From the NCBI GenBank assembly GCA_951406725.2, contig OX597843.1, positions 13,702,001 through 13,766,000 on the forward strand: DNA of 64,000 bases. The letters run 5' to 3'. Every line of letters starts with the position of its first letter. Position 1 is the first letter of the stretch. Position numbers and translations under genes: made by a program. Positions 1-12,829 of this stretch are shown piece by piece. The notes below the pieces were generated by a model that saw only the letters and a program-made list of their open reading frames with translations, did not search any database and was not told the DNA's origin. The stretch is from Octopus vulgaris (lineage: Eukaryota).

Positions 1-19
1 ACAGCCACTCCTGCGCCTA

Positions 20-420
20 TAATCTAGATGAATTTCAAAGGGCGGCATTGCTTGAAACTGCAGGCATATTGCATAAAGTACTGACTGTCTGGGGTCCTTG
101 TTGTGACTTGACAAGCAGTATAAACCCCCGATAGACACAATGTCTTTAACCCTTTTGTTACCATATTTCTGCTGAGATGCTCTGTGTTTCTTTCAATTAC
201 TTTAAATATAACAAAGAATTTAGTAAAATAACTTAGTTATCATTAAGCTGGTGTTAGGAACATAAATTGTGACTAAGGTTTGGTGGAAGGTTTTAATTCA
301 GAACTTTTGAAAACAAGACATTAATACTACAGAGCCAGAACCGGTTTTGGCCGGGTTGGTAACGAAAGGGTTAATCAACATCATGATATTGGATACTGTG
401 CGACGTCTATAATAATGATG
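20..420 (+). mobile_element. 3' end fragment of an R4/Dong-like LINE, interrupted by a piggyBac MITE
   Basis: Translates ...FQRAALLETAGILHKVL, similar to REL-LINE C-termini; ends in an (AAT/GAT)n tail at about 410-425. Confidence 0.45.
150..370. mobile_element. piggyBac-type MITE
   Basis: TTAA at 146-149 and 371-374 (TSD); TIRs CCCTTTTGTTACC / GGTAACGAAAGGG. Confidence 0.85.
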
Positions 421-648
421 ATGATGGATTCTGATACATCAAAGATGATGTATGAGTGTCCAGTTTTGGCTAAACAACCTGCACAGATGATCTGTTTAGA
501 GGGATCAAATGTTTGAGCTGTACATGAGCTCTCTCTGGCCCTTTTGTGCCATTTCTGTTTCTATATACCAAAAGCTTCTTCTTTGAGGGACATTTGGCTG
601 CTATTAACTGATTTCTGAAGATAAATGTTGAGTATTACAACAGCTTAC

Positions 649-710
649 CTTTCCTTCCGGTTGCTATGGCATCTCTGGAAAGGGTTACTTTTCCAATAAT
701 ATCATCTTCC
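649..710 (-). CDS. GAP1-family RasGAP (RASAL1/RASA4-like), C2A domain exon (62 nt, phase 2->1)
   Basis: cttttactaacag|G GAA GAT GAT ATT ATT GGA AAA...AAA G|gtaag translates EDDIIGKVTLSRDAIATGRK(G), the end of C2A (DDxIGKxxL). The gene continues beyond position 1. Confidence 0.9.
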
Positions 711-877
711 CTGTTAGTAAAAGAAAAGATGTGTACATAAACACATACATATACATATATATATATATATATATACACCCACACATACCATCATCAACAT
801 CGCATATATACATATGCATTCATACATAAGTATAAACATATACTTTTATTTTTATACATACATATATATATATATAC

Positions 878-1422
878 ATCATCATCATTTAATGTCCATT
901 TTCCATGCTAGCATGGGTTGGACGGTTCCACCGGGGTCCGGAAAACCAGGAGGCTGCACCAGGCTCCAGTCTGATCTGGCAGTGTTTCTAAAATTGGATG
1001 CCCTTCCTAATGCCAACCACTCCGTGAGTGTAGTGTGTGTATTTTACGTGCCACCGGCACAGGGGCCAGAGGAGTCTGGCAACAGCCACGATCTGTTGGT
1101 GCTTTTTACGTTCCACCGGCACGGACCCCACTCAAGACGGTGCTGGCATCGGCCAGGTACAGATGGTGCTTTTTACTTGCCACTGGCACGGGTATCACAA
1201 CTACAATTTGCATTTGATTTTTATTTTGATGTTGATGTACTTGACTCAATAGGTCTCCTCAAGAACAGCGGGTCACCCTACAATCCAAGGTAAACATAGC
1301 AGGCCATCCTGCTTACTTCATTTGTCGAGTCTTCACAGTCACAACATATCTCCAGAGGTCTCGGTCTTTTGTCATAGCCTCTGTGGGGCCCAATGTTCGA
1401 AGGTCATGCTTCACTACCTCAT
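878..1422 (-). mobile_element. 5'-truncated RTE LINE 3' end (abundant family)
   Basis: (CAT)n tail plus tttaacgtcc...catgctagcatgggttgg...ggatgcccttcctaacgccaaccac, the same sequence as the 3' UTR of the RTE ORF at 41390-42497. Further copies at about 3193-3610, 13890-14072, 16025-16385(+), 19252-19582, 20228-20830, 23212-23385(+), 26200-26590, 40805-41125, 46585-46870, 63440-63770 and 63775-63970(+). Confidence 0.8.
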
Positions 1423-1954
1423 ATATATACATACATGAGATATGCATTGTTGAAGTTTTGTAGTACGCTTATTCCAAGAACACATGCTTAAATCTTATGT
1501 ATCTTGCATGAAAAGTGGATGTATTTGCACTTCCAAAGGGGCTCTGTCCTGTGTTATAAACCCCATTAGGGGGTGGGGTTCAAATAACATTCTAAGATGG
1601 TGAAATTTTGTAAATCGTCTTTATTTGGTACCTAGTAGTTATGTCGTAATTTTCATTGAAATTGGAGGTATTTGAAATTTCCCAGGGGTTGTTTGCCCCC
1701 CTTTAAGCCCCCTAATCGCAATGGAAAGTAAATTTTATGTAGCTCATCCTCTTTCTCATAAAATTTTACATGAGAACACATACTTTGTTTTTATGACTCT
1801 TCTAGTCTCTTTCATCCCATAGACACACAGACACACAGACATTGAGCTTTATTAAATGGATATAACATTTTTGTGCTACGGGAAGAACAGAAGCAGGCAG
1901 CAGCAACTGAAATGTTCTCCTCGAATGGTAGAGTAGAGAAGATGTGTCACTCAC

Positions 1955-2068
1955 CCCAGTCGGTCCTCATCGTAGACATACAGGTTCAAATCATAGAAGT
2001 CACTGTGCAAATGCATCTTGTACTCCTCACCCCAGAATGGACACAACGTTTTATAGACGGTGGCTGTC
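1955..2068 (-). CDS. GAP1-family RasGAP (RASAL1/RASA4-like), C2A domain exon (114 nt, phase 2->2)
   Basis: ctttctcttacag|G ACA GCC ACC...CTG GG|gtgagt translates (R)TATVYKTLCPFWGEEYKMHLHSDFYDLNLYVYDEDRLG, with the RTATVxKTLCPFWGEEY signature of RASA4/RASAL1. Confidence 0.93.
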
Positions 2069-2154
2069 CTGTAAGAGAAAGAAAGAAAGAAAGAAAGATG
2101 GGTGACTAAGTCGGTTGTTGTGTGTGTGTATATATATATATAAAATAATTTCTT

Positions 2155-2537
2155 TGGGAAGCACTCTGTCGGTTACGACGACGAGGGTTCCGGTTGATCT
2201 GAATCAACGGAACAGCCTGCTCGTGAAATTAACGTGTAAGTGGCTGAGCACTCCACAGACACGTGTACCCTTAATGTAGTTCTCGGGGATATTCAGTGTG
2301 ACACAGAGAGTGACAAGGCCGGCCCTTTGAAATACAGGTACAACAGAAACAGGAAGTAAGAGTGAGAGAAAGTTGTGGTGAAAGAGTACAGCAGGGATCA
2401 CCACCATCCCCTGCCGGATCCTCGAGGAGCTTTAGGTGTTTTCGCTCAATAAACACTCACAACGCCCGGTCTGGGAATCGAAACCGCGATCCTATGACCG
2501 CGAGTCCGCTGCCCTAACCACTGGGCCATTGCGCCTC
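2155..2537 (-). mobile_element. tRNA-derived SINE (family D)
   Basis: Head GAGGCGCAATGGCCCAGTGGTTAGGGCAGCGGACTCGCGG...GGTTTCGATTCCC with A and B boxes; the same head occurs at 10217-10526(-) and 15286-15785(+). Confidence 0.8.
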
Positions 2538-2622
2538 ATATAAAATAATATTGGGGAATGATTCCAAACTTACAGGGAAAAATTCAATTTAGTGATACTT
2601 AATCAAATTTCACAATATATAA

Positions 2623-2929
2623 TCTTTATATATAAAACTAAAGTTGTGTGTGTGAGAGTCTGTCTCCTCCGATTTAGATTCCTAACTACTCCCACATTTT
2701 GCAGTGCAGTTTAACCAAAAGCGGGTATCTTATAGTCGTAATTCATATAGAGCCCTTCTGGGTATTAGCGTGTGTCTACGATGAGTCTACGATTTAAAAA
2801 AACATTTACAATCATTTTTCCGCATTTTTAATGATTTTTGCTTGGGTTATATAAGGGAAGTAACTCTCTAAAAATGCTTATATAGTTATTTCCCTTACAA
2901 ACCCGAGCAACGCCGGGCGATAATGCTAG
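2623..2929 (+). mobile_element. Non-autonomous Helitron
   Basis: A|TC 5' end (TCTTTATATATAAAACT), 3' hairpin CCCG-AGCAACGC-CGGG, CTAG|T 3' end, no TSD. Confidence 0.8.
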
Positions 2930-3150
2930 TATATGTATATAAATTAGAGAAGAACGACCATTAAGCCATTCAACAATGGTTTACTAAATCATAGAAAAAA
3001 ATTAAAGCTACGACAAAACAATTACCTAAAATAAATGCAGTACTAAATAATAAATAAATAGTTTATAATTTGTAAATAGACTACGCATGTTTCGTGGCTA
3101 TATTTTCAAATTGCTAACAATAAAATCAATTTGATTTTATTGTTTTATTG

Positions 3151-3195
<45 letters not shown>

Positions 3196-3602
3196 TCATC
3201 ATCATCGTTTAGCGTCCGCTTTCCATGCTAGCATGGGTTGGATGGTTCAACTGGGGTCTGGGAAGCCAGAAGGCTGCACCAAGCCCTGTCTGATCTGGTA
3301 ATGTTTCTACGGCTGGATGCCCTTCCTAACGCCAACCACTCTGTGAGTGTAGTGGGTGCTTTTTACGTGCCACCGACACAGGTGCCAGAGGAGGCTGGCA
3401 AATGGCCATGATTGGATGGTGCTTTTTACATATCACCCTCACAGGGGCCAGGCGAGGCTGGCAATGGCCATGATCGGATGGTGCTTTTTACGTGTCACCG
3501 GCATGAGGCCAGTCGGGGCGGCGCTGGCAACGGCCATGATTCGGATGGCTCTCTTACGTACCACCGGCACTGGTATCACAGCTGCAATTTCTATTGATGT
3601 TG

Positions 3603-3661
<59 letters not shown>

Positions 3662-3802
3662 AAGTTTTGGTCAGTTGGCATCCTAACTACACTACCTCAT
3701 GTTCCTGAGATTCATATCTACATCTTTATCTGTATATTTACCTTCCCTAAGATGTTACTAATTGATCTGAGAACTTTATATTATTGGAAAACCTATATGA
3801 AA

Positions 3803-3888
3803 TTAGCTGAAGATTACTTGACATATTAAATCTGCTGTAATATTTACAGCCTTTAATAAAATGTTGTAGTATGAAACAATTGTACTAA
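3803..3888 (+). ncRNA. Type I hammerhead ribozyme motif in a Penelope-like repeat (family B)
   Basis: TTAG-CTGAAGA-(long stem II)-GAAAC-AATT-GTA-CTAA; a second copy lies on the minus strand at 31012-31097. Confidence 0.6.
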
Positions 3889-3995
3889 ATTACCAGATTC
3901 ATTCTTGTTGCTTATTTTTATGGGTAACACCATAAAAATTCTGGTGCATCTAAATTAAGTACCATATTCATTTGAATCTAAATTGTTGCTGAACT

Positions 3996-4028
<33 letters not shown>

Positions 4029-4624
4029 GGGTTGGACAAAATAATGGAAACACCTAGCATCATAATTTTGAAATATCTATAAAACCGTCAAAAGCTTGTT
4101 TATTTTTATGCTTTTTGACTTATTATTAGTATTGCTTAATATGTTTTGCTAAAATTGCCATTTCTTTTCAGATATCATCAGAAAAAGGTAATTAAAATTC
4201 ATTAAAATGACAAATTTATCAGATTTTCAAAGAGGCCGTTATCTGTGTTATTGTGTATTCTTCACCAAACTCAGAACGTTCAATACGTTTGGATCTGGAG
4301 TCTGTACTTGAAGTGAATCTTATTCCCATGGAACTGGGATGACATGATGAGCAATCAGTCATTTACTTGTGAATGGATGGATGATTCGCTCCTCTGTATG
4401 AAACCTTGAGCAAGTCTTTTACTTTAGTGCCAGGCCAGCTAAAGCCTTGAGAGTGGATTTGGTAGATGGAAACTGAAAGAAGCCTGTTGTGTATATGTGT
4501 GTGTATGTAAAGGATAAAAGAGTCAAAAGGAAGAGTAAGTACAGTTAGGCAGCTTTTTAATGATCATTACAAATGTTTTGATACAAATAGATCTACAGGA
4601 TTTAAAGTTAGATTTAAATTAAAT

Positions 4625-5130
4625 TAAATTATAATAATAATAATGAAATTATTGTCTACAGTGCTCAGGTGCACCACAACTTGTCAGAAAGTGCGTATAA
4701 AGTGTATGCAGTAATGTACAAATGTCTGGAAAGTGAACAGTGTATGAGTCAGATACATGCTTGTGTGTGTATGGAGGGGAGAAAATCAGGTGTAGTGTTG
4801 GCGAATCTCAGGAAGCATGGAAGTTTTGAAGGATGCAGTGCTCCGACAACTAACAACTGATGCCGGCAGTTTGTTCCATGCTTCAGCAATTCTTAGCGTG
4901 AAAAAATGTTTCCGAAAGTCATGGGAGCTGTGTTGTATTCTGACTTTGTAAATATGTCCATGGGTGTTAGACGGGTGGAGTTTGAAAAGGTGCTCAGAGT
5001 TATTGTTTGTAAGATGGTTAATAATTTTATGGGTGTCTACCAAGTCAGCTGCCAGACGTCGGAGTTTCAATGTGTCCATATCCAGGGAAGTAAGGCGTTC
5101 AGAATATGGCAAATGCCTGATGGAGGGTAT
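4625..5130 (-). mobile_element. CR1-group LINE 3' fragment
   Basis: ORF 4786-5166(-): RHLPYSERL...LRRLAADL...FFTLRIAEAWNKLP...STASFK, a typical CR1/L2 RT C-terminus; (ATT)n tail at about 4629-4645. Confidence 0.8.
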
Positions 5131-5411
5131 TCTTATGTAATGATTTACCTGTATAAGAAGATCCATACATATCTTCTCAGGTGATAATTAATTGCTGTCT
5201 CTCTAAGTAAATCTAGATTCTTATGCTATAACATCCATGACTCTTTTACTTTTTATTTTCACTCGCAAGGAATACCTAAGACTAGAATTGGTAGCATACT
5301 ATAATAATGCTACTGGCTATTTGGGAATTCTAAGGGTGAATGAGCTCTATTTGTACTCTTATACGCTCTTAACAGAACACACTTTCAACTATATATATGC
5401 ATGTATATGTA

Positions 5412-6671
5412 CAGGGTGCATAAAGTATTTGAGGACAAAGGTTTTTGGGGGTCATTGCTGCATTTTGTGCTAACTCTGTATAATCTTTGGTCAGAAAATA
5501 GTAATGGCAGACCCTCAGCTTACTCAAGAAATGAAGAGGCATGCTCTTACTACTGTGGTTATAAAGGCTGAGCATAGCAATTTAGAAATATCTTGATTTT
5601 TAAAAGTTGCCAGATCTTTCGTCTACAAAGTTTGTAAGGAGTTAGAGACTGAAGATGGAAATGTATCACCAGTATCAAAGCATAAAAAGCATTCTAAATG
5701 CTCTGAAGTCTTAAGAACACCTGAATTTATCCAGCAAGTTCAACAGACCATTGATTACAATCTCAGAAAGTCCTTGAGGTCAATTGCAAAAGATCTTCAT
5801 GTGTCAGAAGGAACAGTCAGAAATGTTATCCACGTAGACATCAGATATAAGTCTTATAAGATGAGGAAAGGTCAATTGGTCAGAAAAAGCAAAAGAAAAT
5901 CACTACATCAGATGTAAAAGGCTCTGAAACAAACTGAAAAATCCAGCAGAAGAAGATTTGATTTGGTTTTTCTCAAATGAGAAAAACTTCGACCAAGATC
6001 GAAAAGTCAACAGAAGAAATGACAGACAGTTATGTGCAGACCCTTCTGAAGTTTCAAGTGTTATGCATACAAAATTTCCTGCAACTGTCATGGTTTTACG
6101 AGTTGTCAGCAATGAAGGACATGTGATGCCTCCTTACTTCTTCCCACAAGGACTTAGAGTTAACTCTGCTGTCTACATTGAGATCCTGGAAATAATTGCT
6201 AAGCCCTGGATAGACGGTGTATGCAGTGGAAGGCCATCTGTGTTTCAGTAAGACTCTGCACTATCACACATGGCTCTAGTAACACAAGAATGGATGGTTG
6301 AAAGTTTTCATGATCACACAACCCCTAACATTTGGCCTCCTAATTCCCCAGATCTTAATCCATGTGGAGCATTGTTGAGAGAGAGGTCAATGAACATGCC
6401 CATAACACCAAAGATTCTTTGAAAGCTGCCATAGTCAGAGTAATGTCCAAAATGAACCAGGACCACTTGATTCGAGCATGTAGATGATTTAGATCTCATA
6501 TAGAAGCAGTTGTTGAAGCTGAAGGTGGCTTTATTGAATAACATTTTAGAAAAGAAGGTTTATTTCTATCCTCAAAGCATTTTCTGATAAATAAGGTTAT
6601 TATCTGTTATTATATATCTGTTTTTTTTTTTTATAAACATAAATCTGTCCTCAAATATCTTACACACCCTG
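5412..6671 (+). mobile_element. Full-length decayed Tc1/mariner element (maT/DD37D-like)
   Basis: TA TSDs (5410-11, 6672-73); TIRs CAGGGTG..TATTTGAGGACA / TGTCCTCAAATA..CACCCTG; transposase remnants FSNEKNF, VMVL..VS, FQ*DSALSH and WPPNSPDLNP with stops and frameshifts. Confidence 0.88.
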
Positions 6672-8190
6672 TATATATATCTATGTGTGTGTATGTCTTT
6701 GTGTTTGTCCCTCCATCATCACTTGATAACTGTTGTTGGTGTGTTCACGTCCCCATAACTTAGCAGTTCAACAAAGAGAGACTGATGGAATACGTACTAG
6801 GCTTCAAAAAACAATCCTGGGGTCAATTTGTTTCACTAAAACCCTTGAAGGCAGTGCTCCAGCATGTCTGCATTCTGATGACAGTAAAACATTATATACA
6901 TATACATCCCCCTAAAAAGTGGGTTGGCCATGGCTGGAAAGTCTTTGGTTTGGCCTCAGCTTAATAAGGACTGACAGCAATAACAAAATGAATTCAAGAA
7001 GGGGGGGGGAGCCTCTTAGAGGTCTCCTGTGCAATTAGAAATAGCAGTCAAACTGCCTTCAAATCAATTTCAACCCTCATAAAATAGGGAAGAACACAGC
7101 TGACATTGTGTTTGGACTCCTCAGATAGGATGGTCATGGATGGCTGCAATGCTTCTGATAGCTCTGTTGGGTCTGGTCTGACCTAGGGCTAAACAGCGAC
7201 TCCTAGTAAGGGAGCAGCTCCTTTGTGGTATGGTCAACTGATCTGCTAGAAACAGCAGCCAAATGACTCTAAAACTGAAACACTATTTTGAAGGAAGAGA
7301 AGGAAGCACTGGGAATATATTTTGTAAGATAGGGAAAAGAGACAGGAGGGCCATGGATGGAAAGTTGTTGATGAGACCTTGAGAAGCTTTCTTGATCACC
7401 TCCCCCCCCCCCCGGATCTTTCATCCCCAGATCAACTTACCCCGTAACAATGTTCTCACCCTCACTGACAATTAGGGTGGAGAGAAGGAGAGGAAGAAGC
7501 AACAATTGAGACCCCCCCCACCTCTACTGCCCTTCCCCCTACTAATCAGACCACTGCCCCTCCCACACCAGATGCATGTTCCTCCCTCCACTCCTCTGAC
7601 CATCACACACCTGCCTCCCCATTTCAAATGTTACCCCCTCATTATCTAATCACTGCCCTGCCCTCCCCACTAGATACCCTCAGCCCATTGTACCCCCCAC
7701 CAATAATAACCTTCACCCACCCACGCCCACCACCAGATTACCATCTCTCCTCCTATTCCCCCCTCCATTTCACTGTTTCCCCCCTCATCAGATCACTGCA
7801 ATCATCCACCCCCTCCCTCACTTCAGGTCACTGCTCCCCCCACTGCTGCCAATATCCTTCCACCCTCCACCCACACACCCAATACAGCCCCCCACCCTGC
7901 TCCCAGTACCCCCTGCTCCTGGTGCTGCAGCAACCATAAACACAGGAAGTTGCCTGGCCAGTGTCAGAAACACATGTGGTAACACCCCCCATCCGCATAT
8001 ATGTTATGTATGTATATACACCTCCCCCCCACGGCTCCCCCCCCCCCGGGTGGTGAAGGGATGGGTACGGGGGGGGAAGGTGGAGACAGTAGGGAAAGGG
8101 TTTAAAGAGGGAATAACAGTACCCTCTCGTTCCCCACCCCACCCCAACCTGCTCCTTGTCCTAAATTCCTCCACAGTCACTCTACAAGCC

Positions 8191-8650
8191 ATCACCACCA
8201 CCACCACCACCACCACCACCACCACCACCACCACCACCACCACCACCACCACCACCGTCACCACCACCACCACCGTCACCACCACCACCACCGTCACCAC
8301 CACCACCACCACCACCGTCACCACCACCACCACCACCACCACCACCACCACCACCACCGTCACCACCGTCACCACCACCGTCACCACCGTCACCACCGTC
8401 ACCACCACCGTCACCACCGTCACCACCACCACCACCGTCACCACCACCACCACCACCACTGTCACCACCACCACCACCACCGTCACCACCACCACCACCG
8501 TCACCACCACCACCACCACCGTCACCACCACCACCACCGTCACCACCACCACCACCACCGTCACCACCACCACCACCACCACCACCGTCACCACCACCAC
8601 CACCACCACCACCACCACCACCACCACCACCACCACCACCACCACCACCA
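8191..8650. repeat. (ACC)n trinucleotide tract interrupted by GTC units
   Basis: About 460 bp of ACC with scattered in-register GTC triplets; preceded by a C-rich low-complexity region at about 7400-8190. Confidence 0.95.
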
Positions 8651-8686
8651 TGTTCTTTCTGTTGGAGTTCTGGGGTGATTGATGTA

Positions 8687-8752
<66 letters not shown>

Positions 8753-8795
8753 TGTCTGTCTGCCTGTGTGTGTATGTGCCTGTGTGTGTTTGCGC

Positions 8796-8842
<47 letters not shown>

Positions 8843-9092
8843 CACATACATACTGACAAGCATGTGTGTGTGTGTTTTATGAGAAGACAACCAACCCCAC
8901 AAAACACATTTTCTCTTTTTCTGGCTCCAAACGAATTAGAAAAAGTATTTTGTAATGGGAAGTTGGCATGGGTGGAGGTACGTATTTGTTGTTTAATAAA
9001 ACACACATTGAGACAAACTGCACTTTCAGGAATGATCCAACTCTGTCAAACTAAGATTCCATTATTTATACATACATACATACATACATACA

Positions 9093-9124
<32 letters not shown>

Positions 9125-9532
9125 CTATTTTACTTGTTTCAGTCATTTGACTGCGGCTGTGCTGGAGCACTGCCTTTAGTCGAGCAAATCGACTCCGGGT
9201 CTTATTCTTTGTAAGCCCAGTACTTATTCTATTGGTCTCTTGCCGAACCGCTAAGTGACAGGGACGTAAACACACCAGCATCGGTTGTCAAGCAATGCTA
9301 GGGGGACAAACACAGACACACACACATACATATGATGCCATGATAGATCATTAGCTCCTACACACATTTTTCCTCTCCTTGTTTCTCCTTGTTTTTTTTC
9401 TGTGAATCTTTCTGTCAAAGAGCGTAGGCTCGAAACGTAAAAGACTTGTTTTAGTTCTATTCCTGAGCGTCATACTAATACATTGTTTGTTTGTACTCCA
9501 CCTGCCTTCGTCTATTTTCTTAAACCTTCCCG

Positions 9533-9610
<78 letters not shown>

Positions 9611-9769
9611 GACAGCCTTCTTTCAGTTTCCGTCTACCAAATCCACTCACAAGGCATTGGTCGGCCCGGGGCTATAGAAGAAGACACTTGCCCAAGATGC
9701 CACGCAGTGGGACTGAACCCGGAACCATGTGGTTGGTTAGCAAGCTACTTACTACACAGCCACTCCTGC
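9125..9769 (-). mobile_element. tRNA-derived CORE-like SINE (family A) with a Penelope-like fragment inserted in its internal microsatellite
   Basis: Head at 9608-9769 and tail at 9125-9320 match the intact copy at 14089-14535; unrelated insert at about 9335-9535. Confidence 0.75.
9407..9444 (+). ncRNA. Minimal hammerhead-like motif lacking helix III (Penelope-like)
   Basis: TCTTT-CTGTCAAA-GAGC GTAG GCTC-GAAACGTA-AAAGA; related decayed copies on the minus strand near 31510-31550 and 51010-51045. Confidence 0.45.
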
Positions 9770-9876
9770 TGTGTATGTATATATATATATATATATATTG
9801 GTAAAAACAGTAAGATAACAAAAGAAAGAAAGAGACCCCAATATTATGTAAATAGAGGAAATTTATCTGTAAAATA

Positions 9877-10197
9877 ATATGTGACAATTATTCAATAGCC
9901 AAGATAAAACTCTGAGTTTTGGATGCCGAGGTGGAAATCCACACCACCATCTCTTTGGTTATCTGGCCATCTGAAAAATGCTATCTTAATTTTAATTATT
10001 TTAATTAGCGGTCATTTGAATTAGCGCTTTTGTATAAGTAGTGGACTATAACACAGTAATTTCCCTTTGTATAACGGTCTTTTTTCATAGCGTTTTTCAG
10101 ATGACCAGATAACCAAAGAGATGGTGTTGTGGATTTCCACCTCGGCATCCGAAACTCAGAGTTTTATATAGGCTACCAAATAATTGTCACATATATT
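9877..10197. repeat. Inverted duplication of Penelope-like repeat family C with hammerhead-like motifs
   Basis: Arms at about 9877-9983 and 10087-10197 are reverse complements; the same family occurs at 22736-22880. Confidence 0.75.
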
Positions 10198-10657
10198 ATA
10201 TATATATATATATATATCACCGTGATCACCGTGACCGACCAGACTATCAGATGTTGCTACACATCGCTGGTCACAATGCGCTTCACATTGCTTTAGCCTT
10301 CAAATGACGCCACCCCGCTGGCTAAGCGAGCAGGTCAACAGAAGAAAGAATGAGAGAAAGTTGTGGCAAAAGAGTACAGCAGGGATCGCCACCACCCCCT
10401 GCAGGGGCCTCGTGGAGCTTTAGGTGTTTTCGCTCAATAAACACTCACAACGCCCGGTCTGGGAATCAAAACCGCAATCCTACAACCGCGAGTCCGCTGC
10501 CCTAACCACTGGGCCATTGTGCCTCCACTTTAAAGAATGAAAGTCAAAGCTGACCTCAGCAGAATTCGAACTCAGAATGTAAAGACGGACGAAATGACGC
10601 TAAGCATTTGTCCGGCGTGCAAACGATTCCGCTAATTAGTCGCCTTATATATGTATA

Positions 10658-11940
10658 CTAGCAGAATTGCCTGGCGATGCTCGGGGCTGAATTGCTTGAA
10701 AGTACTGTTAATGATTGCACTGAATTATGATGATTATTCAGGTAAATATTGATATAAGTTTACGGTGGGAGATAAGGACTTAATGATCAAACGTGTGCCA
10801 TTGCATTGTTTTGGGGGAACCAAATTTCTGATGAGCATTATAGGGGCACCAACTTTAAGTTTGAGAATGTGTGGTGGTAGTCCGGGGTGCTCAAAGGAAT
10901 TGAGTACCTCTATTGGATAGTTGATGACGTCCTCTGGGTCAGGAGTTGTATCGATAGACTGATATACATAGACTTCCCCAGGAATGAGTTTTAGCATTTC
11001 ATCATTAATATGGTGAACTGTTTTATTCCTCGGGGCCAGAATAGCCCTTTGGCCAATCCGATCCATATTCTAATAATTAGCTTGTAGATCTGGGAACACT
11101 GCATCTCTGAGATCAGAAGGCGTTTTAACAATGGTACAAATGGAATCGATGGCAATATTACCATTTTCATCCCCTGGTATTTTGCCTTCGCCAAGTGCAA
11201 GGAGGGTGTGAGGAAATGCTGCTGATGTGATATTACGTCGCATATGAGCACGCATATTGGTGTGAAGTTTGAGAGTCTTCACCAGTGGCCACAATGTAGA
11301 TGACTTAAGACACGCACTTACTGCATCAGCTGTAGTCCCTTTGGGAATAACGGGAAGTGTTTGTCGGAAGTCCCCTGAAAGAAGAAGTGTTATGCCTCCC
11401 ATGGGAGGTGAAGAGTGTTTGATGTCTCTGAGAGATCTATCTAGTGCCTCAAGAGCACATCTGTGGGCCATCGTGCATTCATCCCAAACGATAAGCTTGC
11501 ATCGTCTGAAGACTTCTGCCTGATCGGAGCTGTTACTGATGTTGCAAGTTGGTGTCTCAGTCTTCGCTAAGTCAATCGGGAGCTTGAAAGTGGAGTGAGC
11601 TGTCCTGCCGCCTAGCAACAAAGTAGCCGCAATTCCAGATGATTCCACAGCTAGGGCAATGCCTTGTGTTCGCCTAATCTCAGCCAATATTAATTTGTTG
11701 ACAAAAGTTTTCCCAGTGCCCCCAGGAGCGTCCAGGAAAAAAATCCTCCCAGTTTTGTGTTCTGGAAGGAGCTTTGGCTCATTGTCGGCTATGTACTCGG
11801 CAAGCTCATCAACATTAAAACATGTCTCACACAGCAAATGTGAAGACAGAGTGTTTGTGCCTTCCCGGTTTGTTGAAGGTAGGCCATAGACCGGCAAGGC
11901 ACTACCGCCCATATCAAGTACAGTATCTTCGAACGTAGTT
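10658..11940 (-). mobile_element. Helitron 3' part with PIF1-family helicase pseudogene
   Basis: 3' terminus CTAG at 10658-10661 with a hairpin like the other Helitrons here. ORFs 11070-11912 and 10734-11066 are in the same frame, separated by one stop, and carry FFLDAPGGTGKT, GRTAHSTFKLP, IVWDECTM, LSGDFRQTLPV and LKLKVGAPIMLIRNL...CNGTRL. Confidence 0.92.
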
Positions 11941-12064
11941 TGTTACCACACAGCCACACCTGCCCTTATGCATGTGTGTGTGTGTGTGTGTGTGTGCATG
12001 TGTGTGTATGGGTAGATATATTATGCATGTATATATGTGTATATATATATGTGTACATATTACA

Positions 12065-12112
<48 letters not shown>

Positions 12113-12829
12113 TACACATAAAATACAAAATACAAAGTTATATCTTGATATCGCTAGTGATAACAATGCTCAAAATATATAACAGACTGGAATTGTAGGG
12201 CCGTCTCTTGCAATTTCGATCAATTGGATCTTGTATAGTAGTGTACGGCTGCAGCGAAATTCAATTTTGGACTTTCTTCTATGGAAGGCATTTTAACAAA
12301 AATGCTTCCGTAAAGACGGTGAAAATATTGTCAATTTCCCCAAACAGGGACACAATTCAATTTTTAAACAATAACCAAAGCCCCTTCTCCAAAAGGGGGA
12401 GGGTTACAGTTTACAATTATTTAACAAATGCTACACAACAACGTTTCCCTGGCGAGGAACCAACAAACGTGATTACAATATTCAAACAGTAATAATAATA
12501 ACAACAAACCTTTTTAATTTATCCCCATTTATGTGAAACCACTTATTCAAGTTCAAGTCAATGATGCAATTTTATACGAATTGCTAATACACATACACAT
12601 AATAAGGGTGAAAAATTGAATATTAATTTGATTAATATGAATTGAAAACCAGTGGTGTAGCATATAAGACCATAGCGGATCTTCCTCTAGCAAAAACGAT
12701 GACTACTATTAATGGCTCATCCCTGTCACACACACACACACACACACACGCACGCACACACACCTTAGCTTACAATTTTCTTTCAACAATTGACACTGTC
12801 ATATATGTATATGTTTGCGTGTCTATGTG

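Noticed and set aside
4026-4240. Tc1-like terminal sequence CAGGGGTTGGACAAAATAATGGAAAC (also a mariner-like end at about 16755-16845)
   Set aside because: Single ends without a partner TIR or transposase; too fragmentary to delimit.
8004-9006. Poly-Thr, poly-Val and poly-Gly ORFs (mucin-like)
   Set aside because: Translations of an (ACC)n tract that is open in several frames on both strands; no unique coding flanks or convincing exon.
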